From: Cycas panzhihuaensis
Lineage: Eukaryota; Plantae; Cycadophyta
Assembly: GCA_023213395.1 (NCBI GenBank)
Contig: CM041465.1
Coordinates: 86,125,741 to 86,189,740 of the forward strand
DNA length: 64,000 bases
Reading direction: 5' to 3'
Program-made: the position numbers and the translations under genes
Shown: piece after piece, positions 25,301 to 37,182 of the stretch
Position numbering within the stretch: position 1 is the first letter of the stretch
Layout: every line of letters begins with the position of its first letter
Notes under the pieces: generated by a model
Databases searched by the model: none
The model's input: the letters and a program-made list of their open reading frames with translations, nothing else
Told to the model about the DNA's origin: nothing

Positions 25301-26626
25301 TAGTAACTTCCTTAATAAGTATATTATTACATTTCTTAGTAACAAGTTTTAGAATGAACTCACAAATAGAATCTCTGGCAACCTGTTTATCAAGAGACAC
25401 TTTGGAAGCCAAATCCAAAAAAAACCTTCTCATATTCTCCTTAAACTCGGGCTTGAAATTAAGCATCATTCCATCTCGACCCCTTAATTGCAGGATTCTA
25501 TTGAAATTGATATTTCAAAGAAGATGGATGGAAGGACTTCATATTTCTATCACCCACTTGAAGCTACTTAATTCAGTATTTTTGTTTCCAAGAAATCTTT
25601 TCTTTTAATTCTAGAGTGTCAATCTCTTCCTGTAAATGATCCTCTTTAGACGCATTCTCCTTGGAAATTCCATCCTTCAAAAACTCTTCCTCTATATGGG
25701 CCATCTTAACATCCAAAACTCTTCTTTGTTAAAAATTGTCCCCAAAATGTAGGTCGTTCCATTCCTTTATCCAATTCTTTAGGAATTTAATTTTCTGTTT
25801 TAATTTAAACATATGGTAACCTCTGCAAGGTTGCCCTCCTGCCACCATTGACTAACGTTAACTTTGAAGTCAGGATGAGAAAGCCACATTTTCTCAAATT
25901 TAAATGGGGAATCATTAGGCTTAGAGTCTTCCAAAATATAAAGGTCTATCGGCCTGTGGTCAAATCCACTACCCTTAATTATATTAGATTCCATCATGAC
26001 ATTAGAACTCACCAAACTTTTGTTGACCAAGAATCTATCCAGCCTCTCAATGATCTATAAGCATTTCCACCTCTAGGATTATTCTAGGTAAACAACCCTT
26101 CTATGTGACAAATATCCGTAAGCCTCTGAGTCCTAATCCACTCTTGTAAGATGATGCTAACTTGGTTTAGAATCTTAACTCCACCCCTCTTCTCATCTAG
26201 ATTGAGAATAAAGTTACAATCCCCACCTAAAATCCATTGAGCATCACCAATGTTTCTCCTTATCCCTTCTAGAGACTCTTGGCAGGCAAGCTTTTTCCCA
26301 AGAGGAGTGGGAGCATAGAGGTTTGAAATATTCATAGTTATTACAGTTGTGGCAAAGCATAATAACTTATCGATCCATCTCCCATCTCCATTTGGATGTA
26401 ACAACTGCATCTTCTAGTACTCCATAAAGATTCCAATGCATATGAAGCCCGACAGGATCTAATGGTAATTACTCAGGATCCTTTCCAAAATTTTTAAGCT
26501 ATTATACTCATCTAAATCTAGTTTCATTTTTTAGATAAGGCAGATATCTAGTATCTTTAAAGCAATTCTTCTTCTCATGCTTCTTTGTTTTGAAACATCA
26601 TTTAAACCCCAAGATATTATCTTCAT
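22340..26626 (-). pseudogene. L1 ORF2 relic (EN-RT-zf-RNase H)
   Basis: MKIISW start at 26626; NLYAP and WILGGD.N (26084-26410); DHRPI..PFKFEKMW; KALGPD; TLCNTSYKIISK; FKANFDGASRG RNase H near 22810-22845. Many stops and frameshifts. Confidence 0.9.
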
Positions 26627-28300
26627 GGTTTGGGACTCTCCTTTTGTAGGAAATAACCTTCTTGAGGAGGTTGAGTTAACTCGAAGTTGATTAGAAATTG
26701 TCCCTCCTCCACCAATTTCTCCAAATTAGATTTTCTCCCTTTCTTTCCTTTGGGGGTTTCATCTCTTTAAATAATACAACTAATGGTTTTAATGCCTAAC
26801 TTAATTTCCCTAACACTCCTAATTCCCTTATCTTGGTCAATCCCTATTCCTTTATCCTTAGCTTATCTTTGCCCTTGTGATTTTTTATCCCCTTCTTAGT
26901 CAATTTAGCTTGCATAATTATCTTGTCTGAAGCAACCTCATCTTCTTCCATTCTTAGAATAGATCTTTGAGATAGAATGTCTTATGAAACACCGAGTCCC
27001 TACTCACAAGAACATTTGGAGCCCCTTGATCCTTATCAGTCTTATCATTCCCCCACTTCAAGCAACCCCAAAGAAGGAACAATAAAATCTATACCATCCA
27101 TCGCATGATCACTGTCAACAAGATCCAAAACGTTATAGTCCATAGTTGAGACAACTGGTCCTTTAACTTGGTCATCTTTGCCATCTGAGTACATAGTGTT
27201 GACTTCCCCATTTCCTCCAGGAGAAGGGGCTAATGGGCATTGTGTAGGATTGATACATTTTGATCTTTGATCACATTGAAGCTTACTATCTTCTATAACT
27301 TTTAGAGAGCCCATCTGTATCCCTTTTAAATAATCTCTAGAAATTCTACCCATATCCTTCGCAACCACAAGTTAGGTCTCTATAGCTTATTGGGACTCCC
27401 TATCCGAGGTAATAAACATATCTTCCCCACCATCTTCATTGAGGGCTTCAAAACTATTAGCATTAGAGGCTTGCTAATTAGTTTTTTTGACCCATATTTT
27501 GTTACCCTGGGGGTTCTTGCTTTTGACTTTCTAAAAGCCATCCTAGTCTGTGGTCTCCTTCTCCTATATAGGTCTCTTATCCAGACAATTTCTTTGTAGG
27601 TGGCCATGCATATGTTAGATACGATGTTTAAATGAGATCTATTCATAGCCAACCTATTGTGTCCATTCTCTACGCTCAAACTCAAGAACAATTGCCTCTA
27701 GGGGCGACACTGATAGGTTCATGTAGACATAAATTCTAGCATAAATTATGTAATGTTTTTCCATAGTTATCTCTAAAGCTTTAATATAAGTGCCTAGGGA
27801 AATACCAATTTCTCTCAAAGATATCTTCATTTCAAAATTCTAGAGGGAGAAAACAAAGTTTGATCCATGTTGGGGTTGTCGAGATATCTTCTTTAACTAA
27901 ATCAAAAGCAAATATCCAAAAACTCATGAAAAGACTTGACAAGTTCATAAAATATGGTCCACTTTCAAAGACCCTTTTTTTTGTCCTCTTAGGAGCCAAA
28001 ATTACATTAAAAAAACTTTTCAGACCCAACTTAATGTTAATTTCTCTTTTGAATTTTAATTTGTCCTTCCATATGTCTTTGATCCATTTCTTAAGGCCAA
28101 TTTTCGAGGACGAGATTTGTAAAATTTTGCAAATTAATACATGGCCACTCAAATACATTATTTTTTATTTAAAAGAATGTGAAAAAAATTTGATTTAGAG
28201 ATTTGTGTCTACCTTGCCCCAACAACCATGCAATAGTAAGTCCATATTAACATAGTTTTTCAATGCATGTGTTATCATTGAGTGTTGAAGGGTTTTCTGA
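26627..28300 (-). pseudogene. L1 ORF1 relic (DUF4283-like RRM + CCHC knuckle)
   Basis: ORF 27832-28158 (...RVFESGPYFM...PTWIKLCFLPLEF) is typical plant L1 ORF1; knuckle near 27590-27630. Start approximate. Confidence 0.8.
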
Positions 28301-29999
28301 TGCCACATTATTAGTTTGCTTAGTGGTCATCAAAAAATTTTCCAAAGATAACCAGCAGGGATTTTCATCCCCCCTCATTGCATTAATGCAAAGGAATTAA
28401 TGTCAAGGAGTTCAAAATGGGGATAAGAAATCAAATTACTATTTTGTACAAACTAGAGTTCTCTCTAAACTTTTAGATCTACAAAAAATCAATAAAAAAA
28501 ATTGAAATGAAATTTTGGCTACCCAGAAGATGATAATCAAGGGTAAAGAGAAAATGAGCAACACTTGTTCCAGAAAGCACTCAAACATAGTCAATTTACC
28601 TTTATGCACTTGAGTTCATTGAGTGTGCGTCAGCTATACGATGGCGGTATGAACTCCAAGCGTGGCCAGTACAAAGGCGGTGTGAAAACCTAGATCCCAG
28701 GATCCCCCCTCCTTCGGCACTTTGTACCAAGGGTGGATAGAAGTTCTCCTCTAGATATTGGATTGAAAAAAAAAAAACAAAATTACCTTTATACAAATCT
28801 GCAAACAAGAACCCCTTTACATGAATCAATCCAGTCCACGTCAGTACTGAAAACCAGCTCTGAAGAGGATTTCCATTGACATAGTAATACACTCAAATGC
28901 TTTGGATCCGATTCAAATTGTAGATTAAAGACTAAAGTAGGATTGAAGATCTAGAGCGGGCTTAAAACCACAAAAATTGCACCCCTTCAACAGACCAAAG
29001 CCGCGAGGCAAAATGCGTCAGAAAAGAAAGATGAGATCTGATCTAGAAAAATTTGTAGTTACTATTCCCTCAAGAAACTCTAATAAAGCACAATAGTTCA
29101 AAATGAAACCATTCGAAATTAGCTGCCACACACTCAGAATCCTAGAAATCCATGACTAGAGTCTGCAAATAGGGTCGCCTCAGCTGAGAAAGAGTTATGA
29201 AGAGTTGAACTACGGAGAAAAATCCTCCACAAGAGCAGAAAATATAGAAGGAACCACTATAACAAAGGAGAGCTACAGAATAGTACCAAAATATCCGATG
29301 TGTGCCGCCAGAGAGCCAAGACAGAAACCCTAGCCGAAAATATGAAGGATTTATCGGTAAAAAAGCTACACAGGAAGCTATGATGCAGATGCCATTTTGT
29401 GACTGCAGAGTATAGCATTATCGATGTAGAATTCGCAGAAATAAGATGACAGAACATGAAGATGTGTTAATAAAATTTAATCGCTCATATGGGAGAAAAT
29501 TCGAGTAGATTGTTGTCTGCTACCGCAGTGTCTTCCGTACAATTGATATGTATGAAGATCTTAATCAATTCTAAGATTGTAGAGAAGTATACACGGTCAG
29601 GTCACGAAAACAATGGGACACAGTTTGCTCTGGCTTGAAGATTTCACCCAAGAATTGCTCAGACTCTAGCTAGCTCTCTGGAATGATCACTTTCACCCTT
29701 GGATCAAAGATACGAATTTGTTATTGGTGTTAAAATAGATTTGGGATCACAAAATTTCAAAACAACCTTTTAAAGCGAATAAACTAGAGCAAAGTAATGC
29801 ATTAGAACAAGGGCCAAAAGGTGACAAATGCATATAAATTATATCAAAGAAGGGTTTAAGATATATGAGCAACCAATCAAAATTGAGATAATAGGTGGTT
29901 TTATTTGAATGGCAAGATTTGTTATGGGCCTGGTAGAGTCATTTAATATTAAATTATGCTTGATAAGTGATCAAGGGGAGTAAGGATTAAAAGGTGATT

Positions 30000-30620
30000 G
30001 CGCCAATAGGCGCCCTTAGATAACTTGGGGGATGAGACTTTCCACTCTCAGGGGTAGCATAAATTTTCTTTTTATAAAAATAGGGAAGAAAAGAAAATAA
30101 ACAGACGCGTGGCATAATTTCAATAATTTAGGCTTTCCACTTTTATGGGCAGCATAAACTCTCTTTTTATAAAAATAGGGGAAAAAATAAAAAAAATAGA
30201 CGCGTGGCACAATTTCAACATTCTTAAGACAAACAAGTGACACAATTTCAATGTTCTTCAACTTCAACCTATTTTTTGAGCAATTAGAAGCATTCTCCTT
30301 GGCAATCAACTATCGTGATTGATATTTGCAAACTAATTTCTTTAATTTTCATGATGATGATGATGTATGCAATAATTGAATTTCACCTCTTCCTGTGTGA
30401 ATTAAAGAAAGAGTGCACGAAAATCCTACGTATTGGTGGTAAAATAAGGTGGACGCTTGCCATCCAATAAGAAAACACTTGTGACTTGCAGCTTGGAGGC
30501 ACGCTTTAGGGTTGCGTTGGCAGGGTCCTCGTCTTCTTGAGTGGGGGGTGCCAATTGGCGTTCGTAGACTGTTGAGTCTGCATTAGTATATCTATAAATG
30601 AGGGGTTCCAAACAAGCTTG
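30000..30620 (+). promoter_or_regulatory. Orphan promoter-like island (two 95-bp units with ACGCGTGGC, telo-box-like, CCAAT, TATA)
   Basis: ACGCGTGGC at 30105 and 30200; TTTAGGGTT 30505-30513; CCAAT 30551; TATAAAT 30593-30599. CpG-richer than the flanks; no downstream gene evident. Confidence 0.35.
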
Positions 30621-32147
30621 AAACATATTTTAAATATAGGGACTTCACCATAGAATTTATAAGGCACATATTTATACTATGTGGGAAAAGTTGTTGAATC
30701 AAGTTGATTATATGAATTAGTAGTATATTTAATTTATTAATAAGTAGTAATTTAAAAAATAAGAACATATTTTAACTATAGGGATTTCATTATAGAAGTT
30801 TGAAGGGGCATGGTTCTACTATGTGGGAAAAGAAATTGAATTAGGTTGATTATATGAACTAGAAATATATGTAATTTGTTTAGTAGTAATTTGAAAGATT
30901 ATTGAGCCAAGGAGTTTGTATTCTCTTGAGTTTTTAGGTTATTGGACCATTTCTTTGGTATTATTTTCAATTACTTTGGTAATGACAATTTGTGTGCAAG
31001 AATGAAATCCTACCAAAGGAAAAATATTCCATCATGTCAAAGAATAAATTGTAATAAGAAAAAGAACACAGTAAAAGAAATAAATGAGGGATGGATCCTT
31101 TTTTGAGGCACTTATGTTCTAATGAGTCATTGTTACTAGATGACTATTTCCTTTAGTATTAATTTTTGTTACTTTGATGATGATGTTGGTTGGGTGGTAA
31201 TAAATTACAATAAGAAGAAAAAAAAGGAAGGTGAGAGAAATAAATGAGGGCTTCTTTTTTAAGGCACTTATGTTCTAATTAGTTTTTGTTAGCATTTGAC
31301 CATTTTCTTTGGTCTTATTTTTGGTTACTTTGATGATGATGCTTGATTGGGTGGCCATAGGTAAAACTTTACCTCAACAAGGATCTAGAGTTAAAATATT
31401 CCTTAATATCAAATAATAAATTAGAATAAAACAAATACAAGTTGTTGAGCATGCCAATTTAATCTAAATGTGGATACTAAACATTCCATCCTTTTATAAT
31501 GGGGTTATTTTGTTGGTATATCTTTTAATCCAAGAAGATAAACCTCATGAAATATAAGGTTTAACAATAGGGAAATAAGATGTTTGAAGTCACAATGGTT
31601 GATAATTTGTAAGATAGGAATTTATTAATAGTGTAAATGAAATGTATTTGGGATCACAAATATTCAAAGAAGTACTCTTAAGCAATGAACTAGAGTAAAG
31701 TGATGCATTATAATAGGGATCAAAGGGTGATGAATGGATACAAAATATCAAAGAAGGGTTTAAGATATGAGAAACTAATCAAAATTGAGATAATGAGTGG
31801 TTTTATCAAAAATTTAAAAAAGTGCTTATGGGCTTTGGTAAATTCATTTAGTATAAATTGTAATGATAGCAATGATTAAAGGTGATAAATATGAAAAGAG
31901 GGGTCAAAAAAGAGGGTTGCAACACATTCTAAACAAAGCATCTACTAGTTCTTTCTTTGTAACAATAGTTGTAGCATTCCTTGAAATTTGAAAGCTTTAT
32001 GGTTTTGTGGAAAATGTTGTCTTGAGTTTGGTAAAATTCAAGATGGTACTTTGTGTCCACATGAAGAGGATTAGAGAATGCAAGAAATTTTGTGCACGGA
32101 TTTGATTGATTAAGGTTAAATTTGAACTGGGAACAATGTTTATTAGG

Positions 32148-32150
<3 letters not shown>

Positions 32151-32233
<83 letters not shown>

Positions 32234-32252
32234 AGAGAGAGAGAGAGAGAGA
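32151..32252. repeat. (TA)40-(GA)n compound microsatellite
   Basis: Direct read. Confidence 0.98.
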
Positions 32253-32949
32253 AATCAAGACTATATTTTAGTTACACCAATTATACAAAGTTTATATATG
32301 TAGTTTGTTGGCTTCTTGGCATACAATTATTACCAAGCATATAAAAAATTATTATCACATGTTTGTTATGAGCAAAGGTTGGTAATAGGCTCTTAAATTA
32401 CACATCATTTAGATATTACACTTATTGAACATATTGTAATATCATTGTAATATTTTTATTTATATTAGCTTGGTTGTATTAACTTACTTGTTGGCTATGC
32501 TTGGCTACAACCAAAATTATTGGAGTATGCTTGTTGTATTAGTGGAAAGGCTAACTAGTTGTTAAGGGTTAATAATAAATTTACTTTGGGAAAAAATGTT
32601 ATAAAAATTTGTTGTTTATGGAGTGGACAAAATAGCCTTGCCACATGCCTAATTGATACTCTCATTGTTCTTGGGGCCTCCACCATTTCTAATGCATAAG
32701 TTTATTAGAAGTAATTGCCTATTCACTTGTGGTTTATATAAGTTGCTCATTGGTTCTTCTTCTTCCTTGTGGGACTTTATGATTGGAAGTGTTTCTTTTG
32801 AGTTCTCCTATTTTGGTTGTTAAAGATTCTTATTATGCTTCCCTTTTTTGGGTTCAAGTCTTTCATCTCCTTAACCATCTCTAGAAATGTTGTGTTTTAT
32901 GCCTCATAATCTCAACTTCTCCCCACTAAACACTTGAGTGTTTATTGCA

Positions 32950-34000
32950 ATTTCCACCATTTACCTTTTTCCTTAAATAAAACGACAATATTGTAGTTTT
33001 CTTCCCATCATAATTTATATGGTTTGGACTCCCTGTGGTTATCATGGTCCTCACCAAATTGATTTCTTCACTTCACTTTGGTATTAGATGATTCTCTATT
33101 AAAATAATGACATTAAGAAAAATGTGATTTATGATGGGTATGCCTTTGTTTGTTTTTTGTGATGCCATATAGTTTTTATTGCCTTGTCTAAAGCTATTAT
33201 TCTTAGACTTATCCAAACATGTGAATGTTGTTAGGTTTCATTATGGAACAACAACTTGTTTGAGGTTTTTGTACTTACCATGCAGTTTTTTAATCCAAAG
33301 ACATATCATAGTGCCCTTATGATGGGTTGCCCTCTAAATTAATTGTTTCTAGATTGAGCCCAATTTCATAGTGATTAGAAGCACCATCACATTAAGTTGA
33401 ATTTTGTTAAAATATTATTGTATTTGTATATCAAAGGTATTCCACATTTTAGCTTATAGTTGTTTGGCCTATTTACAACTTTTGCTTCATTGTATAAGGC
33501 ATATTTTTGGGCCTATAATTCCTTCTCCTATTTCTAGTTGTGAGAATTACATTATGAGAGGTTAACAGGAAGATAATTTATGTATTTTTTAAACTTTCTA
33601 GTTCTTGAGGTTGGAACATAGCATATCTTTAGTTAGTTCAATAAAGTATTTCTTACTATGGTGTGTTGAAAGGTTACGGTTATGGTATTGTTGAAGATAT
33701 TCATCATTTATTTAGTAGTGGCATCTTGGGCATTCTAGGTTGCATAGATGCACCAATGGAAGACCTTTTTTAAGACTTGTAGCTATTAACTTAGATGAGA
33801 TCTTTGCATAGGACACTACACATTGATATTAGTATCTAATCAAAGTATAATGGATAATTTGATTTAGGAATGAATGGTTTCTTTGAAGGCTTTAAAGAGG
33901 TTAATTTTATTGACTTCCCATAACTTGTGATAGAATTCCATGTAAAACCCATTTGATCATGAGCCCTTCCCTTTGCCATGTGGGGAAATGACTAAATAGA
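32950..34000 (-). mobile_element. Highly eroded Ty3/gypsy pol (integrase/chromodomain-like) relic
   Basis: Faint minus-strand motifs (GKYK.L.. near 33260-33280, W..EDHD.T.E near 33025-33085); no intact ORF. Confidence 0.3.
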
Positions 34001-34359
34001 TTTCCTCTAATATTATGCCCTAGTTAACTTCTTCACATGTGGGATCATAAAATTAAATATCTAGAAGGGGAATGTGTTAACGTATTCATTTTGATGTTTA
34101 TGGCTATTTGCTTTGTTGCGGGTAGACCCGCAACTAAGGAGCCAACATGGGAAGATTCACCAATGATATCATTATTTAAACAGTAGATAGTGAAAGTTAT
34201 CATTATTGGAATTTAGATGGTTTATTTTGAATATTTTGGGGTATATGCCCTCTAGAAATAAGCACAAGCTTATTTTGATTATTCCTTATTCATTTCTTTT
34301 GTCATTTTAAAGATTTATTATTTGCAAATTTTTACTTATGATTTCAAGCCCTTCACAAG

Positions 34360-34372
34360 TGGTATTAGAGCT
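34360..34372 (+). other. PBS-like site (tRNA-iMet) of an eroded LTR element
   Basis: cttcACA-ag-TGGTATTAGAGC, one mismatch to TGGTATCAGAGC. Confidence 0.55.
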
Positions 34373-35904
34373 AAATAACTAAATTGCCCTTTGCTCGAGC
34401 CATTCAACTCATCAATTTCCATTCCATGCAATGTCATAGTGGTCAAGAAGGTTACTAGGCAAATACGAGCCATGCTGGCTAATACTTAGAGTTGCCTAAA
34501 ATGTATTCTCAATAAAGACTCTAATCGTACATTACAAAAGGTGGTCTGAGTGACCTATAGACATCAATTCTCAACTATTGTACTCTATTGCAAACTTTGA
34601 AGTCACCCCTATTGTAGTGTAGTTTTTTTAGTGCTTAGGTACCACTATTGCTACTTAATTATTTTCATGGAAACATGGGCACATCACTATGTGCTAGACT
34701 GGCATCTTGGGGCGTTGCATAAGAGCTTGAACCTCCAATTGTCAATTACATTAGATACTAAGGGTAGTCAAATCAAAGAAGATGCCCTAAGGGTTTATTG
34801 AGTCAAAAAAGTGCACTACAAAAAGGAGATAAAGTGTAAATAGGACAAATTAGAAAATTGTTTCTAACTTTTCTAATGTTTATTTTTTAATCTATTTAAT
34901 TTAGAACATTCCTCGGAATATTATGCATAGGAATGTTACTTAGACTATCAAAAATTTTAAGTAACCATTATAAGCGAGTTATGCGAGTGATTTTGAGGTG
35001 GGAGAAAGAGGTTCTCACAAGGAACCCTATCAACTTTCAAATAGAGGCACCTACAATGTCTAGTTTCTCCATTGGGAATTTAACTAAAAGGTATTTGCAA
35101 AGAGCATTGTAGAGAAATGATGAAGAATAGAGTTTGAAATGGGATTTTCTAGTGAGGAATGCAACTAAATACAGGTCAGGTAATATCACATGACTAGAGA
35201 ATATTATGGAGTATGAAGAGGCTTTTAGAAACAGTGTAGAGGGAAATTAGAATGACCTGTATCATGTCTAATTAACTCATTATCTCCAAGGACATAGAAA
35301 TATATTTGAATATGCAAAATCATTCTAAACATTGGATATTCAGGTTAGTATTAAGTCTAATGACACCTTATCCTTCTACATAAGTAATCTATGGGTGGCA
35401 ATATGCGAAGATATATGGTAATTTGAGTCTAAAATACTTGAAAGGGTCATATGCCTCACATGATAAACTAAACCCAATTGAGTGCTCTAAAAAATATTAG
35501 TGTACTTATGACCAAACAAGGGGACATCCATGTAGATAGGAAGCTCCATCCCTTAAACTTAAACTTCTAACTTGCTTATAAAAGGGGAGGGCTGAGATAA
35601 GACTAGGAGGAGAGCATGAGGGTTCTGTTTTGATTACAAAAAAAAGGAGGAGAAGGGACGTGCTTTTATATACCCCAAAAGAAAGCAAGTACATGTACTA
35701 AAATAGAAAATGATCCAGAGGACGTGTAGGAGGAAGTATAAGTAGATCTCCTTAATAATTAGCAATGCAAAGATATTCTAAACACTTTAAGACTAGATAA
35801 TGGGCACCTTGAAATATTTATGGTAGTTATGTTAAGTATCCAACAACCCAACACCATCAAGACATACGAGTACATTCAAAGACAAAAAATGCTAGCATTA
35901 ATAG

Positions 35905-36235
35905 TGTTGGATAATGTCTAATCTATGAGTTAGTAGATTGGTGGTATCCCCTCTTTTATGCACTAAGGGGTCTTAGTGTACACACTCTTCATGCATTAGT
36001 CATTGTTTGACTATGTGGTTCTTAGCATATAATTGCATACCTATATGAAGACATATATTATGAATATATATTGTTTCATAATACAAGTTGGAGATTATCA
36101 TTTCCCCAAAAGGGTTTATGTATTATGTTGTCGGACATTTTTCATTTTTTTATTTTATATGCTGTTACTATAGTCTTATTGTGTTTAATATTATATATTC
36201 ATAGTATTAAATCATGTAATTTTAACATGGTATCA
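35905..36235 (+). mobile_element. Copia-like LTR (35905-36227) + PBS TGGTATCA
   Basis: TGTTGGA...TTTAACA termini followed directly by TGGTATCA. Confidence 0.8.
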
Positions 36236-36845
36236 ACATTATGGTGTGATCCATGTAAGGTTATAAGATTATAAGTGTGTCTACCTACCCAATGTTATTT
36301 AAAACTTATTTTGGGTATGATTGTTGTGATCAATAATAGAGGTTATCTTATTGAGTAAGTATGCTATTGTGGGTTAGTGGGAAGATTGTTGAGCCATATA
36401 TTTTTATAGAGTACTTAAAAACCATGTTGATACATACACCTGAAGAGCATGTTTACTAGATAAGTACCCAAATAACATGTTGTTATGTGTGTTTGAATAG
36501 CATAGTGGTGCCTGAGCCATTGAAAGTTTAACCATAACACATGTGGCTATGTTTATTTGAAGACAAATTCCACAGTGAATTACTATACATGGTATAATTT
36601 ATTTATTAAACTTTCTTTATACATGTTGGCCAGAAAATACACATATGCATGTAGGCATTTGCTGCATCTCCATGAATGAAGTTTATGGAGCAGGATTGAT
36701 CACTCTGTTAAAGTCATTTTTGCGGTGAAGAGAATCATTGTTTTGCCCTTTGTTTTATGATGTGAAGACTACGCTTGAAGAGAGTTTTGTGACAAATTAT
36801 GCACACAAGAAGTTCACATTGATGTAGTTATTGTATGAATGCTTT

Positions 36846-37182
36846 GGCTATGATACCATGTTAAAATTACACAATTGGATATCATTAATTCATAATATCA
36901 AGCACATCAAGACTACACTAACAACATATAAGACAAAAATACAAAATATAAATTACAATATAATGCATAACCTTTTAAGGGAAACATGCATCTCCAACTT
37001 GAATATGAAATAATACACATATTTATAGTACATACCACTACGTGGGTGTTCAATTACATGTCAAAAACCACATAATCAACCAATGACTAATACATGAAGA
37101 AGTGTACACATTAAGTCTCCTTAGTATACGTAAAAGAGGATATTGCTAATCTACTAACCTATGGATTGACCATTATCCAATA
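36846..37182 (-). mobile_element. Copia-like LTR (36859-37182) + PBS TGGTATCATAGCC, same family, opposite orientation
   Basis: Its reverse complement aligns end to end with 35905-36235. Confidence 0.8.

Larger units (their letters stand above)
17359..29530 (+). repeat. Tandem segmental duplication, copy 2
   Basis: See copy 1. The junction at about 17352-17365 joins L1 5'UTR sequence (cagtgtc, compare 29526-29532) to taggggtttattg (compare 11098-11110). Confidence 0.9.
21968..29706 (-). mobile_element. Full-length degenerate L1 LINE with C-terminal RNase H and ~1.4-kb 5' leader
   Basis: 16-bp TSD AAGATA(G/C)GAATTTGTT at 21952-21967 and 29707-29722; A-rich tail on the minus strand near 21968-21982; ORF1 and ORF2 relics. 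Confidence 0.93.
13900..31930. repeat. Dispersed/tandem ~1-kb AT-rich module (copies near 13900-14850, 14960-15360, 20220-21310, 21317-21967, 29707-30000, 30890-31930)
   Basis: Recurring blocks ttgagtttttaggttatt...ttattttcaattac, tttgaagttgcaatggtt.ataatttg and gatgcattagaacaagg. The span given includes intervening L1 sequence. Confidence 0.75.

Noticed and set aside
28669-28727. Hairpin gtacaaag...ctttgtac in the L1 leader
   Set aside because: Only an 8-bp stem, absent from the duplicate copy, and plausible by chance.
29640-29706. miR393-like sequence or hairpin at the L1 5' end (minus strand tccaagggtgaaagtgatc)
   Set aside because: Too many mismatches to miR393 and only about 10 bp of stem.
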